Positions 1-12,525 of a DNA stretch of 51,348 nucleotides are shown here, piece by piece. Under the pieces are notes generated by a model that saw nothing but the letters and a program-made list of their open reading frames with translations, searched no databases and had not been told where the DNA came from. The DNA comes from Spongospora subterranea f. sp. subterranea (Eukaryota): assembly GCA_049724395.1 (NCBI GenBank), contig JAUGWO010000035.1, positions 62,001-113,348 of the forward strand. Direction: 5' to 3'. Position 1 is the first letter of the stretch. Every line of letters starts with the position of its first letter. The position numbers were made by a program, and so were the translations under genes.

Positions 1-664
1 ATCGTCTTCCGGAGCTCCCGCGTTCTTGAGCTTTGTTCGAGCCATTCACGTATTGTCACTAGTGAATAACGATGACCATTCATCAATAAAGCAATCGTTG
101 AATCAGCTCCACAAGAGTATCCTAACATCTGCTCACAGACTGATTAAGACCCTAGTGTTGCCCGATCTGCCAACCCAAATCATTGTTGGGTTTGGGTGTT
201 GACAAATACATGTGGAATTGTATATCATTCAGCAAATGGTAAATTGAAGCGGGAAATACAATGATAATCTCCTTGAAGTGCAACACGGTATCGCTAATCA
301 GGTAATGTAACGAGTGTAGTCCATTGTAGTGCTGTAACACAATTGACTGTCAAATCACGATACACTGACAGTGATATAACATCATATCTATATTGGAACA
401 GATCACCACATTCTCCATAGTCGCAATGTCGTATCAGTCTGTCGTGCTCAACATGAACATGTTTTCTGATTGTCATCATCTCGTACAGGGAATCCAAATT
501 TACAAAAGTCCATAGCAATTTCATATCGTTTACTTTGTTGACCTTAGGGCATCTGTGACATACTCATGGTCAACAGAGTTTAGTAACAAACTGCCTTTGG
601 TGTGGATGGCGATAAAAAAAATCGAACATCCAAAGCAACTGAGCTCAGACGTTCTTGACCACAA

Positions 665-1075
665 CTGGAGTTGCCTGAGAGTTGGAAAAGAAAGATCAAG
701 TCGAAGGCAGGATTGTGTGATGAATAAAAGGGATGAGTGGGCTCTCGTCATTCATATAACATTATCTCATAATTGAAGGAATGATGGCATCTAATTATAA
801 CCCAATCGTTTGATGATTGCATCTCCTGAAGGTCATGATCATATTTGATATCGTCGGCAGTCCTCTGATGGATGGACATGGCCTATGGAAATGGGGTCGT
901 TTTTACCGATGCAGGGCTGGAACAGTTTATTGAGACCCTCATACCCCATAATATCAATATGGATGGCATATGCAACCTGACAAATGCCGACCTGATACTG
1001 CTTGAGTTGGACAAGAATCCGCGTTCGTTATTTGTTTCTGCTTGTCTTAATCTGCGCCGCCGCTTACGAAACTGA
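665..1075 (+). pseudogene. Degenerate gene remnant ending in a SAM-like domain
   Basis: ORF 872-1075 reads FTDAGLEQFIETLIPHNINMDGICNLTNADLILLELD, matching the SAM pattern (L.qy...F....Id...l..Lt..dL..lg). Upstream frames are broken by stops. It is paralogous to 7105-7486 (shared TGGGCTCTCGTCATTC..ATAACATTATCT and EQFIET). Confidence 0.45.
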
Positions 1076-2671
1076 AGGAATCAAGACAATAACAGGATAT
1101 GAATTCGTAATGAATGGTATATCCGCCTGAATTTGTTTCGATCTATGAAGTTTTTTCAATGTTTTCAATTATTGTTTCCTCCACGAGAGATAGTGCAGAT
1201 TGTGTCACCTGAGGCGATGGTGAATCCTGTCAATGTGCAATTATTCCAGATCACCAGGAATGGATCCTCTTTATTCCCTCCACATCAACTTCAACATTAT
1301 AATGTTGATTAATCGGTGACGCTGGCGAATTTTGGGCCAGACCCCATCAGAGCACAGATTTGACTGAATAGTGTCGTTTGCACGATTGATCCGATATAGA
1401 AATTATTTTCATTGACACCTGTTATCCTCAACGACTGTAAGATGTCGCTTTCTTTTGCTCGTTTACCAGATCGTGTTGACACTTGGTCCCATTTGAAAAA
1501 ATTCCGTTGATCAATCGATAGATCGACGTAACAATCATGACATATGGATTCCAGGAATGCGATAAGGTGCTAATAATTTCTTTGATTGATAGTGATGGCA
1601 AACATGTCCCAGTTCATCAAACCCACCGATCGCGAACAACAATGACGTCCTTCTCAACAACTGTAATCTTGGCCGGTATTTAACCATTCAGGAATTATCA
1701 CCAGTGAAATAAAGGGTTGACCAAACCTAAATAATGAAATCATGGAGACCGTTGGATCTAAAACTGTTTGCGAATACAAAAAGTTTTATCTCATTGATTA
1801 AGTGCATCTCATCGCTTGTCACTACACGTCAATTCAGATGATGATTGACCCTTGTGGACACATCAAACAATGGTGTCGTGTAATATTTAGCAAACTTTAA
1901 ACGAAGCAGGCAATATTGTCTTTGGCCTCAAATTCTAAGACTGTGTCATTACCCTGGGCAATTCAGCAGTTGATCGCAGCCATATGCTTTACAACAGTAC
2001 CATCATATGTCTTTCGTAATAACAAACCACATTATTTCAATGGGTTTCTTTGATTCTCAGAATTTTTTTCATGTTGGTCTTCCACAGCAACGCATTTGCA
2101 CTGGTCACACTCTGCAGCGTTCAAAATATGGCTACACATTGAGATGGTGTGAATATTCCTCTTGGGATCCGTTTGGGTAAATTGCGAGTTTGTGGTAATA
2201 CTGGGATATTATCCGTTACATTTATCCCCTTCAATACTCAATGTTAACGTGTATTGAAATTATTGAATAGCTGTGAGAATAACAATAATGAAGCACTAAT
2301 CGACATTATGGGTTAGCATATGGTCAATTGCACAGAGGGCTGTACACAGACTTTGACAGTCTAGTGTGCCAGCGTGACAAGCACTCGACCAGATTCAAAC
2401 ACTTTATGACGCTAGTTGTGAAGTGCCACTCAAATGGGGACCCTGCTCAATAAATCTTGCTGTGATGCCCTAACAAAAATGAGGGTGCAATCCCAAGAGC
2501 ACAGGGTGTTCGTGGGCAACCATCTGTTATTGTCACTGCCGTCCAACGTTCGTTTTTTTTTAAAAACAACCATTGATCAGTCATCACTTATAGACACATT
2601 TTCTTCAAAAACATCTTTATTTTCATGTATCCATTCCTTCCTCGGAACGGTCCAGCACGGTTTTTTTTATA

Positions 2672-5600
2672 TTAATTGGATGCCATTTGATTTGGTATCA
2701 CTGACCGACGTTTCGTAGCCGGGCCCCAATATTCATCCAGTGTATGATTTCCCGAAACACATGATACCTTTTTTTTTCGCTTTGTTATCGGAGACGAAGC
2801 TGAAGGAGTCTCATCAGGTAGGCGGCGTGTTCCTCCTGTTTGGACACTTGTAATACAAGAAAGCGTAGAATTTGGAGACACATTAGCTTCGAGACAGGCC
2901 ACAAGACTATATCGTTTCCAAAACTGCTATTGGCAAGCTCATAAAATACATCCAAGGATAGCTGCGCCAGAAATCAATTAACGAAAAGGCTGATAAGTAG
3001 CAATATAGTTGACCTACTGAAGGTATCACCGGAAACAAATTGCCCAGCTCCAATATATTTAACGAAAGTATCTCGGCTAAACTACGCCCTGATGCTAGCA
3101 TTGTTGCAGCAGACATTGGGTTAATTGAAGGGAACGCAGAAAGAAATATTTCGCGATCGTCCGGAACTTGTTGGAGATCAAATGTCGCTGATGACGTAGC
3201 CTGATAAAATTGTCGTTCGATGCAAAATACAACTTGCTCAATGCTTGTTGTAAAGCATACAACCGCATTGAAATGCGATTGAGACATCGAAAACTCCTTC
3301 GTCAACTGCAGCTGGACTTGTTGGAAATCATCAGTCAACACTATTGCGTCATCATAAACAATTATAAGAGTAATATTTGTGTAGGCAAGGCGCAAGCTGA
3401 GGGCCTCCTCTAAAATTGCTTCAACCTCGTTCATTGCTGGAAAAGAATGGACGACCACTATTGTAGAACAAGACAGTATAAGGGAGGTTTCAGGTAGAAA
3501 CTGTTGCCTCCAAATGATGGACATCCCGTTGATGTCCCTGATCAACGCTTGACAAAGATCCAGATTCTACAAATGCATTAGTGGACATTTCCCCGGCTAC
3601 TTGACGCTTTTACATGTTGGCCCATATACGCATTGGCTATAACTTGATGGTGTCCACAGTGCTCTTCTACTGTCGGCTCGCATACAGGACGATTACGTGT
3701 GCATGGAGGCTGGAACGAGTTACTTGATTGCAAAATACAGCAGCTGATTTTTTTATCTTCGATAAGCTCCATCAAATATTCTCCAAGGTCCTTCGGAGTC
3801 GCCTAGAGAACGATTTGATACGGTACACTGGTTGGATTGGGCAAACGGGGCTTACATCGTAAAAGATCACGCTTTTGAAACTTGCCCACGGAAAAGTTGA
3901 AAGACCAATCGATCGGTCCTCGGTAATGATCGAAACATCTGATACAAGTTCATTCTCTTCGTATTCAGTAACCCTCATCAGTTCGCCTGCGATGTGAAAC
4001 CCATTTTTAAAGCAGAATATATTTGACAGTGAGAGGATTTACCCTCTGCAGAATGGCTGTTCAGATTTTCAGTGGTTAAACACGCCATCAAAATAGGGAC
4101 CATAGATTTGCGGGCCACAATCATAAGACACGGCAAAACGAACTTCTGTCTCGCAACCACAATTTTTTCACAATCAGGAATCACACCTGTTTTTATCTCA
4201 TTCAACAGCATATCAAAACTGAAAGAAATTTCGTTGAGACATTGCAGCCATATTGAGTTAGAATCGGTAAGCTCTAGTACAACTTGGACGTCGGGCCTAC
4301 TTCTTTCGTGGCGAAGATGCATTATCGCACTGGATATCCCAGAATCCCGGATAATATCTAGAAGCTGTCTCAGAATGTAGAGGTATAGAGTATGCTGTAA
4401 ATCGATTCGCAGCTCAATAATTTCAGAATTTCCATCTAGAATAGACTGGCGAACTCGCGAGGATAGCCGTTTAAACAACTTGGAAATCCACTCCACTTTC
4501 AGAGTGATTAAGTTATCAGAACCTGGAAGGAGATTGTGATCTAGCAATATGAGTGTGGACAGTTCCCCAGCATGTAAAATGAAATTGGCTGCATCTTGCA
4601 TTGAAGAATTGACGGGACAGGAGACAACCTAGGAAAATATTGTTACGAATAAAAGGCGCATCGTTGATCAAAGTCTTTATACCAAATCTTCAACACGTAA
4701 CGGTCCGGAAATACCCTTTTCCGGTCTACTCATGGCAATATTGTTCGATCCTGCTCCACCAGATGTCAAATTGATGAAATCTTCAAGTCGATGAGATCGA
4801 TAAAAGCAAGGTGAGGTTTTTCCACGGTTGAACGTTGGTACATTTTCAACCTTTACCGACTGATGTATGCTAAGCTCTCCTGGATTGTCTTGTTCTTGAT
4901 GGAACTCATTCACAAAAGGAATAAGTCCAAAAGAACTGTAAGGTAGAGCTAAATTTTTTGAAACGCCAATCTCTGATGACATTGGAACCAGGGGTTGGTG
5001 AGATTGTTTATCGTTTTGATGAGATAAGGAGTTCGTCGGCTGAGGATTTAGTCGAATGACTGGGGAAACCGGAGTGTCGTCACTACTATCATCAACTGTC
5101 TGACAAGTGACAGTACGTTGCCGTTGAAAACTCAAAGGAATTGCTGTGCAGTTCATTTGAAGCATCCGGACAACCTTGATAAGGCACTCTGAAGCAAGAT
5201 CATGGAGCTGATGCGAAAAGTACTGCAAGCAAAATGGATCTGAATTTAAAAAACTCACATCTAGCGGGGACAGCCTCTTCATTGGATTCATGTCCAACCG
5301 CAATAGATCCGCTGTATCCGCGACTATTGGTAGTTCAAGCATTTGAGGAACAGCGGGGTCTCGGATCTGCACAGCCGTTTTGACAAACAATCGCAGTTCA
5401 AAACAGTTTTTATAAGCACCTGAAGCTTCCAAAAGCATGAACTTAGAAGTCGACGTGTTTCATCATCGTCATAAAACGTTGCCGAAACAGAGTTTTCCAA
5501 AACGAACAGTGGCGCCATCTGCTCAGCAACTGAAAGCATCCTGTAGATACCGATGGGTTCGTGCGAGGTATTTTGAATGATAAATTCTTGCCACAAGTTT

Positions 5601-6491
5601 AATCCGGGAAAAGACTCCATCTCGGGAGTCTCCACAACTATATTGAGAGCACAGCTAATATCGTCGAGCGTGAACGAGTTGAAAGAATTGATAATTTCCT
5701 GTAAAGGAAAGCAAGTTGTTGGATGAGGCGAGTTTTTACGGTTCGATAATTGTTCTATCTCCAAAAACGGCGCTAGGCCGCATAGTAACAATGCGGAATA
5801 AGGTTCTGGCCGAGAATGATGGAAATTTGCAAAGAGTACTTCGCGGTCTAATTCAAATATATCGCTGCTATCCACGTCCTCTATGGGATGGACAGCGCGG
5901 AAGGGCTTCTCAGCTTCATTCTCCTTTGTCGGCGCGGATTCGATACAGGTTTTCAGTAAATCTAATGGAGTGAAACATTCGACGCAATCAGTAAATGGTA
6001 TCAGAAAACAACCAAAACTCTCAGATAGGAAAGACATGGGCTCTGCTCTGATGGCCGTTGCTGGAAATGGATCTGTCACAATAGCGCACTCAAATAGTTG
6101 ACATACTTCAAAGGAATTGTCTTCTCCAAACGAATCGGAGATTTCAAATTGCGATTGAGAATGCAGTATCAGTTCATCTCCTATCGTCAATCTGCTGAAC
6201 ATAGTTGTAGGTTTGCACGCCTCTGCCATTTTTTTGTAGTTTGATGGGGTAACCTCTAAATCAATCATGCTATACAATCCGGTTGAAGTCAAGCTCTGAG
6301 CGAACGATTAAAACCCAGCGTCAGACACTTAAGTATACTACCCCATGTGGCTCTTGAAAACTTTCAGGGCCCAGGAGCACTTCGGGGAGGGGTAGCCATT
6401 TAACCAAAACATGATCTTCTATTGCTTGCGGAAAGGAGATCGGTGCATTCCAGCACATAGCGGCCCGCAAGTTCGGCTGTATTCTGGACAT
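2672..6491 (-). CDS. SHOC1: SHOC1/MZIP2/Zip2-like meiotic crossover protein (XPF-like domain + HhH2), multi-exon
   Basis: ATG at 6491 (MSRIQPNLRAAMCW). GT-AG introns (e.g. 6341-6296; a 53-nt intron near 5420-5368) join ORFs 5324-6292, 4677-5438, 3978-4601, 3772-3978, 3578-3775 and 2907-3545 in frame. Motifs FPWASFKSVIFYD and EIFLSAFPSINPMSAATMLASGRSLAEILSL resemble the conserved SHOC1/C9orf84 C-terminal blocks. The 3' end is uncertain (stop at 2785, or 2672 if there is an indel). Confidence 0.8.
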
Positions 6492-7104
6492 ATTCCCCAA
6501 ACGGCGAATCAGAATCTATGAACGACTCATGATCGCAATGGATCATTTCATACAGGGTTGCACCACATCAAACCAATCGTGGCCAGTGAACAATGCAGAC
6601 ACAGACAGTGTCGGTAACGTTTGGCTACAGTTCTGTATTCCATATGTAGCCACAAAGGCACTGTAGCGGCCAAGCCGACAATATCGGAACGCGACTAAAA
6701 TCAGAGATTGCTGATCTCAAGGTGGTCGATCAGGCTTAGAGTCAATGTCTGTTTGTTGATGGACTAGCATAGATTCAGTTTTAGTACACGGGAGAGCTTG
6801 CCTGTGGTTTTGTCATTGAGAAACGCTATTGCTTCGGATCACATCAGGACTGTTTTTAGCTGACACTGGTCAATCTGTACCATTTGCAGCATCGGGCGTC
6901 GCTGGACAAACAATGTAGCATTTCATTGTTGTCCTTTTGAAACAGAAAGAACATCTCGTGCTATTACTTCAGGGTTTCGCTATACATCAGGACACCGAAA
7001 ACTTATTTGATATTGTTTGTCGACATACCGCGTAAAGCCCTTAGAGCTAATAATCGCATGTAAACAATAAAATTGATTATCGCCAATCATCAGACACCGT
7101 TTTG

Positions 7105-7486
7105 GGTTCAAGTCCCAGAAAGTTAGAGTCGGAGGGAGTTTGATTGGTCAATAATTGGGAGATGGGTCGGCCGATTACAATGGGCTCTCGTCATTCCGAT
7201 AACATTATCTGGAAGAGTGTATGGCACACAATGTTGGTCCTGATCGTTTCGCTTATCGATTTCCTGCAGGGCGCCCTCACTCTTCGTATGGCCGACCATC
7301 GTCTGAGGGGACGGGTGCCTAGAGCAGTTCATTGAGACGGAGGAAATCAATATGGATCGTCTTCGAGAGATCACAATCGATGACCTGTCATACCTGGGGA
7401 TGGACATGGACTTCCGTAATCTATTTGTTTCGACTCGTCGTAATCTACCTCATCGCTTGCGAGACAGACGGCGATCAAGACGATAA
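7105..7486 (+). pseudogene. Second degenerate SAM-like domain remnant, paralogue of 665-1075
   Basis: 7322-7486 reads EQFIETEEINMDRLREITIDDLSYLGMDMDFRNLFVSTRRNLPHRLRDRRRSRR*, alignable to EQFIETLIPHNINMDGICNLTNADLILLELDKNPRSLFVSACLNLRRRLRN. Upstream frames are interrupted. Confidence 0.5.
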
Positions 7487-7498
7487 CTTTAACGAATG

Positions 7499-7530
7499 AA
7501 CAACTTTGGGGCGGATGCCCCAAAGTTGTT
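7499..7530. repeat. Perfect 14-bp stem / 4-nt loop inverted repeat
   Basis: AACAACTTTGGGGC-GGAT-GCCCCAAAGTTGTT read directly. Confidence 0.9.
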
Positions 7531-8305
7531 TCAAATTTTCTATAATACTGTGCAAGTGTGTCTAACCTTCACTAATAACCAAAGAGAAGCTTTGCAAAAA
7601 AATGTTTCACCTGAGACGATAGGTCCGGTCGATTTTCAATTTTTCTGATGACTTGAAGGTGTTCCTCATTATTACCTCGGCGTGACGTTGCCAAAAACGA
7701 TTTGCTGACTGGCAACAATAATTCGGTCCACCAAATGTGGAATGGTCGCTCCCTTGTTTTCGTGATCACTTAGTCTCAATTCACCCCAATCTGATCACAA
7801 CTTTGACTGTTGAATTTATTATGAGCGGCGAAACTGATATCGAAACCTTTCCCTTGTTAACCTGATATCACAAACGACTGTCAAAGTGTCGCCACGAGTT
7901 GTTGATGTTTAATCGCAACAGTCGCCTTTTTTCGCTTGTTTACTTCAATTTGGTCAATGACGATTTGGTTCATCTGTTGATTGCCGAAGCCATGTTAACA
8001 GATGAGTATCATCATTTCGACGTGGTTTCCATATTGACGTCGATTTCAATAACAATAAAAAGGACAGTCCAAAATTGTAAAACTCACCGATCAAGAACAA
8101 CAAAGGTGTCTACATGAGTGTCCGACAGCGGATGTCGCTATACAAACGGACATTGATAATTCATCTGCTGACGATGTTTCGGCATATCGCGTAATGCCTT
8201 TCAGCTAATTCGATTTTGAATGAGAACGTTGATGGAACGGCAATATATTGGTTCAGCCATGTTTCCATATACAAGAGATACGCCATTTGTAAATCGTTTT
8301 GCAAT

Positions 8306-8936
8306 CTACACGAATTCATCTGTTTCCGTTGTCGATCCATCACAATCAGTCTCAGTGACTTCGTCATCGGATTCACCAACGCCATCAACTTCCGCTGAAT
8401 GATCCGCCTTTTGAAACGGCTTTCAAATGAGTCTGTGTTTTCTCGTGATTCCTTAAGCGTAGTCTCATTTTAAACCCTTTTCCGCATGTTTTACACCAGA
8501 ACGGGAAGTTATCAACGTGCATCAACATATGGCCTCTGAGATCACCCCTTCGTTTGAATGATCTAGTGCAAGTATTGCATTGATATGGTCTTGCGTCGCT
8601 ATGGACAGCCAGATGGCCCTTCAAGCTATCAGCCCTATTAAAGCGTCGACCGCAATGGTGGCAGACGAAAGGTTGTTGATCTGTGTGCAATGCTCGGTTA
8701 TGATATCTCAAATTCGAAGAAGTTGTGTATGTTCGATCACAAAATGGACAGTAGTGGGGTGGCATTGCTTGATTTTGATTACGACCAGAATCTATATGAT
8801 TCTCTGCTGGATATGATTTTTTGTCATGATCAGCGCTGTTGGTTGAAACCTGAGACGGTGTGCTTTGTCTAACATGAAATAAACAATAGCAACAACACGA
8901 CGAACACTTCGAAACAGCAAAACTGTTTGCGGACAT
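8306..8936 (-). CDS. C2H2 zinc-finger protein (4 tandem fingers), probable acidic C-terminal tail
   Basis: Four C-x2-C-x12-H-x3/5-H units with TDQQP/SDARP linkers. The ORF as given stops at 8385. Removing one A from the run at 8409-8412 extends it with KADHSAEVDGVGESDDEVTETDCDGSTTETDEFV* to 8306. The start may be 8936 or 8765. Confidence 0.85.
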
Positions 8937-9439
8937 GATATTCTGGGAGTAAAGGATAACAGCTCCCTGGTTATAATTAATAGATGATTGGAGAGGTTCG
9001 ATATCGTTCTAAGGAAAAAGATGCTTCAGTTTGTTTTTTTGCAAGACTCCTTCGACCTTTCCGATGAAATGACCAGCGCCCAATGTAATGAGACGACCCA
9101 TCTCCATTTATTCATGACTCAATCTCCATCCGACATTAAACTTCTATTGCACCATTACACCATGTTTGATTCAAGAAGATGTTTAAATTGATATAGAAAA
9201 CCACAACGAATCGATATTTGTGCGATAAATTACGGTAGGGATACATCATGGGACGTTAATGATGATAAACAAAACGCTCACCTGAACTGTTTATATTACT
9301 CGAAGGGGAAGCAAACATTCTGCAGTTTAGCTGGACTCGTATACAAGGGAATGCGAAACCAGCCGATCCGAAAGTATTGCTATAATAGATAACCGTTTAT
9401 CAGTCTGCATCCCGGCCACAATATAATGTGGATTGTATC

Positions 9440-9915
9440 AACATTCTCACCACCACCACCACTTTCGTCTTTACAAGGTTCGCCTCCGCCGCCACCGCCA
9501 CAGCTTTCGTCTCCGCAAACAGCTCCGACTCCAACGCCATCACCACTCAGTTCTCCTCCGCCTCTCCCGTCCATCTCGCTTCCTTGATAGAAGTATGGCG
9601 GAAATAGGTCTGATTATTGATCAGTTATCAACAAATGTAATTTGGTTTGGTTTTGAATTGATCGGGTCTTTCAACTATTCCCGAGATGGATAAGGTTGCA
9701 TTCAAAATTAGCCTGCTGAAGGGTCCGGCGTTAGAATGGGCGACTCCATTAATAAAATCCAACGATCCTGCAATGTATAGAATGGAACTGTTTACTGAGA
9801 AATTCCGGGTATTAATGATCCTGACTGGGTCGCAACAGCGGATCATCGATTAGATAAGCTATCGCAGGGACCGAGGCCTGCGATAGTCTATGCTGTCGAA
9901 TTCCGGTAGCTCGTC
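9440..9915 (+). mobile_element. Decayed Ty3/Gypsy gag fragment (retrotransposon gag / RTL1-PEG10-like capsid)
   Basis: DKVAFKISLLKGPALEWATPLIKSNDP...RLDKLSQGPRPAIVYAVEFR*, with stops and frameshifts. It is homologous to 42719-43365 and has a Pro-rich leader. Confidence 0.75.
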
Positions 9916-9922
9916 AAGAGCT

Positions 9923-10251
9923 TGTACAGCCCTCTGTGCTCTCCGTGAGAACTTTATGTCCCTTATTCATAAATGATTCTTACAAGCTCTTATGAACATT
10001 TGTGTTTACACATTTTCACCTATACTACTGGCTTTACTTTCTAAAGTCAGTACAAACTAGTAGCCATATACCAATCCGCTCGGTACAGCTTTCTATTGAG
10101 GTACATAGGAGGCCAATGGTGAACACTCGAGCCACATTGATCCTGAAGTATCTGATTCTCAGTCGAAACTCTTACCCTCAAGCAACTTGCTATATCTGCC
10201 AGATCGCCAGTATTTTTCCTGTTGAAGCCCCAAACTCAGAAATTCGATCCT
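9923..10251 (+). mobile_element. Decayed LTR plus gag 5' end, same family as the element at 28312
   Basis: Shares ACTGGCTTTACTTTC.AAAGTCAGTACAAA and GAGGCCAATGGTGAACACTCGAG with 28312-28720. LTR remnant TGTAC(9923)...AGTACA(10054). Confidence 0.8.
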
Positions 10252-10405
10252 TTCCGCCTGCTTGCACAGGACGTGGATTGGACACAGTGGACGTTGATGC
10301 ATCAGTTTCATCAAGGCTTAACACTGGATTATATGCTTATTCCGACTGAAGGACGGGAAATCCGTTTACGTCGTTGAATCAATTCGTCACAACGACCACA
10401 TCGTT

Positions 10406-11250
10406 TCATTCAAAAATTGCCGCTTTCCGCACAGCAGCGATTCCCGCGGAACGGGCGTGTGGATTGCGGTAGATGAATCCGTTCTGCTCCAGATCAGCGG
10501 TGTGCATGTGCATGAAATTTTGATGAACTGGTGAATATCGGCGGGCGCGAGCACGGTAATGGGGACAGTCTGCTTTGAAATGGATTTTCATAGCTGAAAC
10601 CTTTGCCGACGGGTCGTTGCCCAGTTTGGTTTTCCACACGTCTTCGTGTCGATACATGATCTCACGTAGACGATTATTGAATTCGTTCGTCAGTCTTTCG
10701 GCTATTGCACGATCAATCATCATGTCCATTGATTGGTGTACCTCGATTGTAGATGATTCGCCTATTTCGACCATGTAAGTGTCACCGGGTTCGTTTTTCG
10801 CAATCGTCAGGAAATTCCTCTCACGTTTCGGTGATCATGTACCGCTTTATACGAAGTTTGGTGGAGATGTCATAACCGGCATCGTCGTCGGTCGTGGGTT
10901 CTTCCACCTCCAGATGATTGCCAGATATATCAATAGGGCATGTGGATCAATACCCAATGCGACATGTGGATCAATACCCAATGCGACATGTTCGGGCTGA
11001 CCGGTCAGAATGATATCGTCAAACAGGTCCTGTTCAGTGAGCACTGGCGTCCACGTAAAGTACTGTACTTGTTTTACCGGTCGACTTTGTCAACGTCAAA
11101 TCCGGTTTGGCAGTGGCGACGATTGTGATTGGATTGTTCTTGGACCCTTGTTCCGCCCGAAGTGGTGGATTACAAATTATACTGATCAGTTCTACTGTTT
11201 CAGGCCGACGCTGCCAGCGCCGCCGAAATTATCAGCGATTGGTGCTCGCG
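10406..11250 (-). mobile_element. Gypsy gag/protease/RT N-terminal fragment
   Basis: DVWKTKLGNDPSAKVSAMKIHFKADCPHYRARARRYSPVHQNFM...LEQNGFIYRNP is typical of the pre-RT region. The protease end DIILTGQPEHVALGIDP carries an in-frame 24-bp duplication (10939-10990). Confidence 0.75.
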
Positions 11251-11259
11251 GTTAGGTTG

Positions 11260-12520
11260 TCCGCGAATCTTCGTCTCTAATCAAGGTGCGAATTTCAAGA
11301 ACGAGCTTCTCCGAGAGCTCACCAGCAGCCTCAAAATCGATTACCATTTCACGCTTGCGTATTGGCCATGGTCGAACAGCGCAGCTGAAGTTATCAATCG
11401 ACACGTACTGTTTTGGCTACGCAGTTGGATATCTGAATTTCGCCTGGAGTGTTGGGAATGGCCGCAGCTTCTCGTGTTCTTACGGTTTACGCGGAACCAT
11501 ACGATCGTCGCCCCGAAGAATTTCGCTCCGGTCACGATGCTGACTGAACTGCCGTCGTCCCACCCACTTGACTGTGATTACGTTCCGCGTCGACGTCGTT
11601 CCAACAATCGGCGCCGAGGTGAGATGCCGGGTTTCGGCATTGGTGATTTTGTGCTTGTTTCGTCAACTTTGAAACATCTTCATCGAAATTGAAGGTCTGT
11701 TCGGATGGGCCCGCCAAAATCTTCGGGGTTTCTACGCCTTACATTTTTGACGTCGAAGACCTCAACACAGGTCGAATCACGCAGGTTCACGTTACGCGAT
11801 TGCGGTTCTACAGTGACGACAGTCTTCACATCTCAGACATCTGATCCTGCTCCAACTTCCTAGACGATGCCGAATCCCGCTGCCTCCTCCGACGCCCCCT
11901 TCGATTAACTGCGAATGTCTCTCTGATGCCCCAACTGCTGTCTTGATTTTCATCCGATCGCGCTCTTGGGAGTGCACATCGTCTAGGAAGTTGGAGCATT
12001 TGGCCGCAATCATTAATCTATCTCTCCTTTTCTAGGGCGCGGTTGTCAAAGAAAAGGAGAGATAGCTTGATGATTGCGGCCAAATCGTCCATGGACGGGC
12101 TAAACCCCTACAGCAACCGTCCATGAAGCTCAAAGGTCTCGTGGCTCACGATAATCAGGGATTCGAGGTCGAATTGATCAACGACATTCGGCGCCGTTTT
12201 GACGACGGATCTTACGAGCTCCATGTCCACTGGCGTGGTTTTGATAATTCATGAATCGTGGAAGCCTTTGCTCTCATTGTATGCTCAACGTCCCGAACAT
12301 CTCAAAGCATTGTGGCGAGTTAACGATCACCCTCTGGCTGCCCCCACTCTAGCCGCTTGATGACCGACCCGGCCACTGAGCAGTCGAGTGTAGTCGTGCA
12401 CTGTGGCCTGCAATTCTTATTTTACCATCAATAAATAATACTTCTGTCGATCCGATTTCCTCTTGTCTTTATCCTTCTTCTTCCCCCATTTTGTTTCTCT
12501 TCTTCTTTTCCGCCCTCTGC
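11260..12520 (+). mobile_element. Gypsy integrase C-terminus + chromodomain + probable 3' LTR remnant
   Basis: SNQGANFKNELL...HFTLAYWPWSNSAAEVINR, FGIGDFVLV, TQVHVTRLRFYSD and chromodomain FEVELINDIR...YELHVHWRGFD...SWKPL. TGTAGT near 12389 may start an LTR (AATAAA at about 12430). It is interrupted by an insert of about 285 bp. Confidence 0.8.
11848..12084. repeat. Two abutting inverted-repeat pairs (22 bp perfect; 35 bp with 2 mismatches)
   Basis: 11848-11869 is the reverse complement of 11977-11998. 11999-12033 is the reverse complement of 12050-12084. Confidence 0.9.
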
Positions 12521-12525
12521 ATCAT

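Noticed and set aside
1..2670. Possible ankyrin-repeat gene remnants outside the SAM fragment
   Set aside because: Only faint fragments with stops in all frames; they cannot be supported without a profile search.
5324..5438. Apparent frameshift between two SHOC1 ORFs
   Set aside because: Resolved by a 53-nt GT-AG intron (CAG|gtgctt...gtgcag|ATC).
9433..9693. His-rich ORF MYQHSHHHHH
   Set aside because: Off-frame reading of the CCA/CCG-rich, Pro-coding leader of a gag remnant.
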